A DNA stretch of 64,000 bases from Chitinophaga pinensis (lineage in GTDB: Bacteria > Bacteroidota > Bacteroidia > NS11-12g > UBA955): contig CAMDDG010000001.1 of the NCBI GenBank assembly GCA_945890895.1, positions 37,705 through 101,704 on the forward strand, written 5' to 3'. Of the stretch, positions 57,884 through 64,000 are shown in pieces; position 1 is the stretch's first letter, and every line of letters starts with the position of its first letter. Made by a program: the position numbers and the translations under genes. The notes under the pieces were generated by a model, which was not told where the DNA came from, did not search any database, and saw only the letters and a list, made by a program, of their open reading frames with translations.

Positions 57884-59221
57884 ATGAAACAACCAGAAGT
57901 TCAAGAGAGTATTGTAAGCTCCAAGCTCGGAAGAGCGGCAAAATTGGTAGGAACAGGCGCTAAAATTGGTACCAACTACCTGAAATATTATGCCAAAAAG
58001 AGTATCACAGGAAAAGAAGACAAGGAAGAACTTCATACATCCAATGCAGCAGATATTTATGATTCTCTGAGTAACCTAAAGGGTAGTGCTTTAAAAGTGG
58101 CTCAAATGCTCAGTATGGATAAGAATCTGTTGCCCAGAGCGTATACTCAGAAATTTGCAATGTCGCAATATTCTGCTCCACCGATGTCGGGTCCACTGGT
58201 TATGAAGGCATTTAAAAATGCAACCGGGAAATACCCCAATGAATTGTTCGATACATTTGAAACCAAAAGTCTAGCCGCTGCTAGCATCGGTCAGGTACAT
58301 CTAGCCACTAAAGAAAGGAAAAAATTGGCAGTAAAAATTCAGTATCCCGGTGTATCAGATTCAATACAAAGTGATCTCAAATTGGTAAAACCAGTGGCAA
58401 ATGCTATGTTCGGTTTATCGGAGAAGGAAATGAAAAAGTACTTTGAAGAGGTAGAGGAGAAACTTATGGAAGAAACGCGTTATGAATTGGAGTTGAAACG
58501 CGGACAAGAAATTGCAGAAGCCTGTGCTCACATAGAAGGGGTTCATTTTCCTCAATACTATCCGGAATGGAGTTCAAACAAAGTGCTGGTTATGGATTAT
58601 TTAGAAGGAGATCACTTAAAGGAATTTTTAGAGAAACAACCCAGCCAAGAAGTCAAAAATAAAATTGCACAAGCCTTATGGGATTTTTATGAGTTTCAGT
58701 TACATGAAAAGAAAGCCATACATGCCGATCCACATCCGGGTAATTTTTTATTTAACGATTTAGCATCTGTTGGGGTAATTGATTTTGGTTGTATTAAAGA
58801 AGTTCCAATGGATTTTTATTATCAGTATTTTCCTCTATTGATTCCTGAGGTTCAGGAAAATCTAGATTTAGTTGATCGATTACTAACTGAAATAGAAATT
58901 ATATTCCCTCAAGATGACGATAAGGTTAAAGAAGAATTAACTTCGGCGTTTATTAAAATGACTGCGCTGTTGAGTCGTCCATTTAATCATAAAGATTTTC
59001 ATTTTACACAAGAATTCATCGATGAAATTTATGCAACTGGAGAAGAAATCTATAAAATTCCTGAAGTAAAAAAGCCTACTCAACCTAGAGGCAGCAAGCA
59101 TGCACTATACATTAATCGCACCTATTTTGGGATATATAGCATGTTAGCTGATTTGAATGCTACCATAAAAACGGAAGCGGGAGACTGGAAAAACCGATTA
59201 ATGGAAAAGTGTGGAATATAA
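57884..59221 (+). CDS. ABC1/UbiB-family atypical kinase
   Basis: AAASIGQVH, LAVKIQYPG and IHADPHPGNFLF are present. The ATG at 57884 is preferred over the TTG at 57821. Confidence 0.8.
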   Translation: MKQPEVQESIVSSKLGRAAKLVGTGAKIGTNYLKYYAKKSITGKEDKEELHTSNAADIYDSLSNLKGSALKVAQMLSMDKNLLPRAYTQKFAMSQYSAPPMSGPLVMKAFKNATGKYPNELFDTFETKSLAAASIGQVHLATKERKKLAVKIQYPGVSDSIQSDLKLVKPVANAMFGLSEKEMKKYFEEVEEKLMEETRYELELKRGQEIAEACAHIEGVHFPQYYPEWSSNKVLVMDYLEGDHLKEFLEKQPSQEVKNKIAQALWDFYEFQLHEKKAIHADPHPGNFLFNDLASVGVIDFGCIKEVPMDFYYQYFPLLIPEVQENLDLVDRLLTEIEIIFPQDDDKVKEELTSAFIKMTALLSRPFNHKDFHFTQEFIDEIYATGEEIYKIPEVKKPTQPRGSKHALYINRTYFGIYSMLADLNATIKTEAGDWKNRLMEKCGI

Positions 59222-59274
59222 TTTCAATTGCATTCCACACTTACTCTTACGAATTCGCTTAAATGGATTGGTAA

Positions 59275-61797
59275 TTATGGATTTAATTTAATTTCTAGTG
59301 AAATTAGAATACTTCTTCCGTCAGCAGGCATAGCACCTGGTCCGGGATATCCGCCAGCTCTGCGGGTAAAGTAATACGTATTCATTGCATTATTCACAGC
59401 TACTTTCAAGTTTACATTGTTCATAATATGGAATTTGGAATTCATATCCCAGATTCCATAACTTGGAATCACACCATTTTGAGCATTTGCTGTGGAAGTT
59501 GTGGTGTTTTGCGCATCTGTGAAAACCGATGATACGTACGAATACTGAAATCCTAGTGTAAGTAAAGATTTCCCAGATTTATTACCATATATATTGCCTT
59601 CTAAACCTGCTCTCAATATGTGCACAGGGGCGTTTTCTACAAAATTACCGCGTAATGTTTGTTTTATTGTTTCACCTGCGTTGTTTTTTGTTGAGTAGAA
59701 ATAATCACCATATTTAGCCATGTTGTAGGAGTATGATATAAAAATGGGTAATTCAAAACGCTTGTTTTTTACCAATTCTGCTTGTATTAGTCCTTCAAAA
59801 CCATAAGCGGTACTGGATCCAACATTGGTCCGTAATGTGTATGATTTGCCTGTTGAATCGAACTCGGTTAAACTACCAATTCGATTGTTATATTGCATGT
59901 AGAAAACACTTGCATCTGCTTTAATTCGTTTGTGAATATAACCACGGAATCCCAAATCAGCATTGATTCCAGAAGCGTCCTTTAAATCGGGAGAAACAAC
60001 AAAACTGCCCGGTGAAGCCAACATATCGGAAAACAAAATAGGTCGATATGCTTGATTCAAATTAAAATACAATTCCGACTGGTTTTTCAAATGGTATTCT
60101 GCACCAATGCCTCCAATAACCACGCTGCGGGTTTGCACTTGAGGAGCCAAGGGTGTTTCAATTCCTTGGTTATTGGTGTTTAAAATACCATTGGCAGTTG
60201 AGTGAATACTTTCCCAACGAACACCTGGTATGAAAATTAAATTTCTATTCAATCGAATGATTTGCTCCGCGTAAACAGAAATGTTGTCGGTTTCAAAAGT
60301 GAGTCGTTGTGGGAATTTTCCGATTATGGTATAATCTGATGTTATACCCGTACTGCCTTTTCCATTTTTATCCCGATTTGTAATGCTCTTAAAATAACGA
60401 GTACCGGCAGTAAACGTCTGTTTTTGATTACCGACTTTAAAATTATTTATATAACTAACTTCCGTTCCAAAATTATCGTAGCGATCAATGTCTACAACCC
60501 GATTTTCATAATTCCCGGTTGCAGTAATGATGGTGTCTTTTAAATTTATTGCTTTTAAAAATCCAACGCTGCTGCGAGTAGCTTTCATCCCAAAAGCTTG
60601 AATCTGTAAGCGACTGCTATTATTAATTTCCCAATTGAATTTGACATTACCTGTTAGCCAGGGCGTTGAAAACCAGTTTCGATTTCTATTGCTCCATGTA
60701 GGGTCAACCGAAATTTGTTGATCCAGAAGCCCACCCGGTTGTTGACTTAACATTTCGAACTGGGTAACATTCGCACTGATTTCCATGCGGTCATTGATTA
60801 TGTATCCCAAAGAACCGTAAAGCGTTTTTGTTTCATATTGGCTGTTCTGTCTGAAGCCATCAGCACGTCTGTTATCGTAAAAAGCGTAATAGTAAATTTT
60901 ATTTTTGCGGCCACTTACTGCCAAGAAGTTGTTGTATAACCCAAAACTTCCAACGGTTTGTGAAGTATGCAAATAAAACGGCTTGGTTTCATTTTTTCCA
61001 TCGCGCATAACGTAATTAATTAATCCACCGAATTGAGGTCCATATTGCAATGCACCTGCTCCTTTGATGACTTGAATGCGTTGAATGGCTTGCATAGGAG
61101 GATTATAATAAGCCTCGGGGTAACCGAAAGGATCTGCAGAAATGTCGGCACCGTTTTGACGAATATTGAATTCCCATGAACGATTCGGAGATAAACCACG
61201 GTGAGCAATGCCTATTTGAATTCCCGAACCATCACTTTCCCAAATATGAATACCTGGAACCTTTGCCATAATTTGACGCATGGAATTATTCACAACAACC
61301 GTGTTTAAATTCTCCAAAATAATTACGGAGTTCTTTTTTCCGGCATTGATTTTAGTTCCTACTACTTCAGGTAAATTCAATATATCGTTTTTACCTCTGG
61401 CCCCAACCAATGATATTTCACTGAGGTATTCAATATGTCGCAATGTATCTTCGAAACCGGAATCTGTATTTACTGAGACCGAGGTTATTTGGGTTGAAAT
61501 TGTAGCATTATTTTGAAGCTTTCCTGCTCTATTTGATTTTTGCGCAGGTACGGTATCTATTGGTGAAACGCAAATTGAGGCGATTAAAGTTGGACAGTTA
61601 TTGGCTTGGATAGGTGAGTAGCTCGAATTTGCAAGGATCGTTGTAAAATTCAATGTCAAAAGGACTAAAGTACCAAAAAATAAGAAGTTTAGAATACTTC
61701 TTGGTTGTTGATTTTTTAGGATGTTATTGCTTTTGATGTCTCCTTTTACTTCGTCTACTAAGCTTATTTTTGTCATGGGAAATGAATTCGGGTGCAA
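59275..61797 (-). CDS. TonB-dependent receptor (siderophore-type)
   Basis: The plug motifs are IQVIKGAGALQYGPQFGGLINYV and NGADISADPFGYPE. A long barrel follows. The N-terminal start is uncertain. Confidence 0.85.
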   Translation of the reverse strand: MHPNSFPMTKISLVDEVKGDIKSNNILKNQQPRSILNFLFFGTLVLLTLNFTTILANSSYSPIQANNCPTLIASICVSPIDTVPAQKSNRAGKLQNNATISTQITSVSVNTDSGFEDTLRHIEYLSEISLVGARGKNDILNLPEVVGTKINAGKKNSVIILENLNTVVVNNSMRQIMAKVPGIHIWESDGSGIQIGIAHRGLSPNRSWEFNIRQNGADISADPFGYPEAYYNPPMQAIQRIQVIKGAGALQYGPQFGGLINYVMRDGKNETKPFYLHTSQTVGSFGLYNNFLAVSGRKNKIYYYAFYDNRRADGFRQNSQYETKTLYGSLGYIINDRMEISANVTQFEMLSQQPGGLLDQQISVDPTWSNRNRNWFSTPWLTGNVKFNWEINNSSRLQIQAFGMKATRSSVGFLKAINLKDTIITATGNYENRVVDIDRYDNFGTEVSYINNFKVGNQKQTFTAGTRYFKSITNRDKNGKGSTGITSDYTIIGKFPQRLTFETDNISVYAEQIIRLNRNLIFIPGVRWESIHSTANGILNTNNQGIETPLAPQVQTRSVVIGGIGAEYHLKNQSELYFNLNQAYRPILFSDMLASPGSFVVSPDLKDASGINADLGFRGYIHKRIKADASVFYMQYNNRIGSLTEFDSTGKSYTLRTNVGSSTAYGFEGLIQAELVKNKRFELPIFISYSYNMAKYGDYFYSTKNNAGETIKQTLRGNFVENAPVHILRAGLEGNIYGNKSGKSLLTLGFQYSYVSSVFTDAQNTTTSTANAQNGVIPSYGIWDMNSKFHIMNNVNLKVAVNNAMNTYYFTRRAGGYPGPGAMPADGRSILISLEIKLNP

Positions 61798-61893
61798 AAA
61801 TAAATTTATTTAGACTAATTACAAATAGATTTAATAAATTATTTAATATTATTCTAAATAGTTGTCCAGATTCCTTTTAAATTACTGAAAATC

Positions 61894-63045
61894 TTATACT
61901 TTGTACCATCTGCCTTTCCAGTTGGTTTTTATGGGTAAAAGGAAGAAAATTCCAGTTCCGATAGTAACAGCGAATAAGTAGAACTCGTAAGTAATTAATT
62001 TATATATCGAAGGACTTTTTTGCTTGATTTTATTATAAATCAATTGAATTTGCAAGCTTTGCAAGCCGAATTTGCATCCCCAAAGAACAAGTACTGCAAG
62101 TAAGTAAGTAGGATGAAAAAAGGAAATTAAAAGCATGATTGGAATCCAGAAGTAAAACGTACCATAAACGGCAAAAAGTATCCACCAATAAAAGGGAAGT
62201 TCCTTTCCTCCGGATAGCCAACGTTTTCTTTGATGCAACAAATTCAACCAACCATCCGTTTTTTCTGAATAAGCCAACACGCCTGGATGCATTACATTGT
62301 TCCACATCCAACCCTTAGCACAAATTTCAGAATATAGCTTGTAGTCTTCAGTAATTGAAAAACGAATACTGGCATAGCCTCCTGTTTCCCAATAGGCAGA
62401 TTTTCGAACTACCATATTGTTGCCCACAGCGGTAGCCGGAATGCCAGAATAGGAAATGGTATTGAGTAAACCCATAAAATAAGCCCAATCAATTTCTTGC
62501 AACCAACCATCCCATCCAGAACTTTTCACCATAGTAGTTCCGGAGCTAACTCCTGTACTCGAATTGAGTGTTAATAGCATGGTTTTTGCCCAATTGGGAT
62601 TAACACAAACATCGGCATCAGTAATCAAGTAGAAATCGCCTGTGGCAAACCGATCCATTTGAGCCATAACTCGGGCTTTTGCTTTCAAGCCCGAATCGTC
62701 ATCAAGAATATCTATGCGTTTTATGTAGGAATACTGTTGGCAAAATTGATCAATAATTTGAGGCGTTTTATCAGTGCTTTGATCGTTTCCAACCAAAATT
62801 TGAAGTCTGTTTTTCGGATAATCCAAGTGAATCAATGAATTTAAACATGCTTCTAAATTATTTTCTTCGTTTCTCGCTGCCACCCAAATACTTATGGAAG
62901 GCCATTGTGAAGGTGCAGGTTCAAGTTCGCATTTATATTGAAATAAAAAGTAGCACTGCACACACTGAATAATGATGTAAAAAAGGATACTACACATACC
63001 AATCCCCAACCAAAATTCTCCGTGAAATATCATTAAATCCAGCAT
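61894..63045 (-). CDS. Processive family-2 glycosyltransferase (NodC / PgaC / cellulose-synthase-like)
   Basis: Motifs appear in order: VAARNEE, LITDADV, SITEDY, and HQRKRW (QxxRW). TM helices flank the catalytic domain. Confidence 0.75.
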   Translation of the reverse strand: MLDLMIFHGEFWLGIGMCSILFYIIIQCVQCYFLFQYKCELEPAPSQWPSISIWVAARNEENNLEACLNSLIHLDYPKNRLQILVGNDQSTDKTPQIIDQFCQQYSYIKRIDILDDDSGLKAKARVMAQMDRFATGDFYLITDADVCVNPNWAKTMLLTLNSSTGVSSGTTMVKSSGWDGWLQEIDWAYFMGLLNTISYSGIPATAVGNNMVVRKSAYWETGGYASIRFSITEDYKLYSEICAKGWMWNNVMHPGVLAYSEKTDGWLNLLHQRKRWLSGGKELPFYWWILFAVYGTFYFWIPIMLLISFFHPTYLLAVLVLWGCKFGLQSLQIQLIYNKIKQKSPSIYKLITYEFYLFAVTIGTGIFFLLPIKTNWKGRWYKV

Positions 63046-63095
63046 GACTGCAAAGGTGCGAAAAAAATACGAATGGCTCCCTTCAATCTACTAAA

Positions 63096-63788
63096 TCAAT
63101 CAATAGAATTGGTGAAAGTAAATCCTTTTTGTTTCATCGATACAATATAAGTTTCAAGCATGTGAAACAATTGCTTTTCTGCTTTAATAGAATCGTGAAA
63201 AACCACTATACTTCCATTTCGAGTTTTTTTGATCAAATAATACAAAGCGGTTTTCCAATTTAATCGTCGATCGTAGTCAAAAGTGAGTAGATCCCACATT
63301 ATTATTCGTTTCGGGGGATGATAACTCGTTGTTAGTTCACGAATTTGTGAAGGAGTTATTCGACCGTAAGGCGGTCTAAACAAATTGCTGGTTTCTGCAG
63401 GTTTTGATTTTGGATTCAGAAGCATTTGTTCCTTGTTAAATTCTTCTATAATGTGTTCAATTTCCTCATCACAAACATCGATATTCTGAAAATACAATTC
63501 ATCTGATGTACTCCAACCTTTTAAATGATTAAAGGTATGATTGCCTATCTTGTGGCCCTCATACAGAATCATTTTAGCTACTTCGGGGTATTTTCGTATA
63601 TTCTCCCCAACACAAAAGAATACGGCTTTAACCTGATGTCTTTGTAATATTTCAATCACACGAGGTGTCACAGTAGGGTGAGGCCCATCGTCAAATGTTA
63701 AATGAATTTCTTTTTGTTCAATGTTTACCCTCCATATTAATGAAGAACTCATCCAAGACAGGATTTTTGGAGGTCTGTAAAAGCGCAT
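63096..63788 (-). CDS. Polysaccharide deacetylase (NodB homology domain)
   Basis: LTFDDGP, FFCVG, and HKIGNHTFNH (metal-binding His residues) are present. Confidence 0.85.
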   Translation of the reverse strand: MRFYRPPKILSWMSSSLIWRVNIEQKEIHLTFDDGPHPTVTPRVIEILQRHQVKAVFFCVGENIRKYPEVAKMILYEGHKIGNHTFNHLKGWSTSDELYFQNIDVCDEEIEHIIEEFNKEQMLLNPKSKPAETSNLFRPPYGRITPSQIRELTTSYHPPKRIIMWDLLTFDYDRRLNWKTALYYLIKKTRNGSIVVFHDSIKAEKQLFHMLETYIVSMKQKGFTFTNSID

Positions 63789-63878
63789 AACGATTCGTGT
63801 GATTATTCTAGATTAATTTTGGACAAATATGCAATAATTTGTAATCAATACATCGTTTTGAATCATTAAATTTGTAAA

Positions 63879-64000
63879 ATGGGAGAAAAAATAATACTAG
63901 TTGGTGGTGGTTTAGCGGGTAGTCTGATGTCTATTTACTTAGCAAAACGTGGTCATGAAGTTCATTTATATGAGCGTAGATCGGATATGCGTAAGGGTAA
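63879..64000 (+). CDS. FAD-dependent monooxygenase, kynurenine 3-monooxygenase-like (first ~40 codons; runs off the right edge)
   Basis: Hand translation gives MGEKIILVGGGLAGSLMSIYLAKRGHEVHLYERRSDMRKG. This carries a GxGxxG dinucleotide fold and the ExRxD pattern seen at KMO N-termini. Confidence 0.6.
   Translation, partial: MGEKIILVGGGLAGSLMSIYLAKRGHEVHLYERRSDMRKG

Noticed and set aside
61798-61893. AT-rich region upstream of the siderophore-type receptor, inspected for a Fur box.
   Set aside because: The region has only generic AT-rich sequence (TAATAAATTATTTAATATTATT). There is no convincing match to a Fur-type inverted repeat.
410-63320. Resemblance of TTTTGGGG within the over-represented motif to ciliate telomeric T4G4 repeats.
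   Set aside because: The copies are single and dispersed, not tandem arrays, and they sit in a bacterial chromosome context. The resemblance is coincidental.

Overview
This 64-kb window looks like a chromosomal segment from a low-GC Bacteroidota genome. Supporting signs are three proteins with T9SS C-terminal sorting domains, TAnnTTTG-type promoter boxes, a Rho factor with a long N-terminal insertion, and a DUF4290-murA pair. All noncoding coordinates, motif counts and alignments below were made by hand from the printed sequence; no searches or computations were run.

Gene content, left to right:
- 1-1131: the 5' part of a DnaE2-like polymerase gene, open at the window edge.
- 1726-3387: a T9SS-secreted protein with five CBM-like repeats, flanked by two different intergenic tandem repeats.
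- 3743-15412: an eight-gene minus-strand beta-glucan utilization cluster. It holds an NrtR-like regulator, a clan GH-A hydrolase, two plug-less beta-barrels, two CBM-like proteins, a GH3 and a GH16-like enzyme. No SusC/SusD pair is present.
- 15595-18570: a TolC plus adaptor pair with no pump gene.
- 18790-23374: a cobalamin riboswitch followed by a BtuB-like receptor and two accessory surface proteins.
- 23414-32585: envelope and housekeeping genes (LptF/G-like, GT4, MsbA-like, GNAT, fbaB, accD, gcvH, VanZ-like) and an elongated class D beta-lactamase-like gene.
- 32759-34000: an AT-rich three-gene cassette next to tRNA-Cys that reads as toxin, HTH antitoxin and SecB-like chaperone.
- 34244-37425: a MacAB-like ABC efflux operon.
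- 37513-39246: an amidohydrolase.
- 39453-43844: a cluster of an OB-fold protein, YceI, two CxxCH proteins and two paralogous beta-barrels.
- 43943-64000: a GT-C-like membrane protein, crcB, rho, murA, an ABC1 kinase, a TonB-dependent receptor, a NodB/NodC-like pair, and the start of a kynurenine 3-monooxygenase-like gene.

Most notable observations:
- The TAC-type cassette at the tRNA-Cys gene.
- The glucan locus that lacks SusC/SusD.
- A T-flanked GGGGATG motif that is strongly over-represented regardless of frame or strand.
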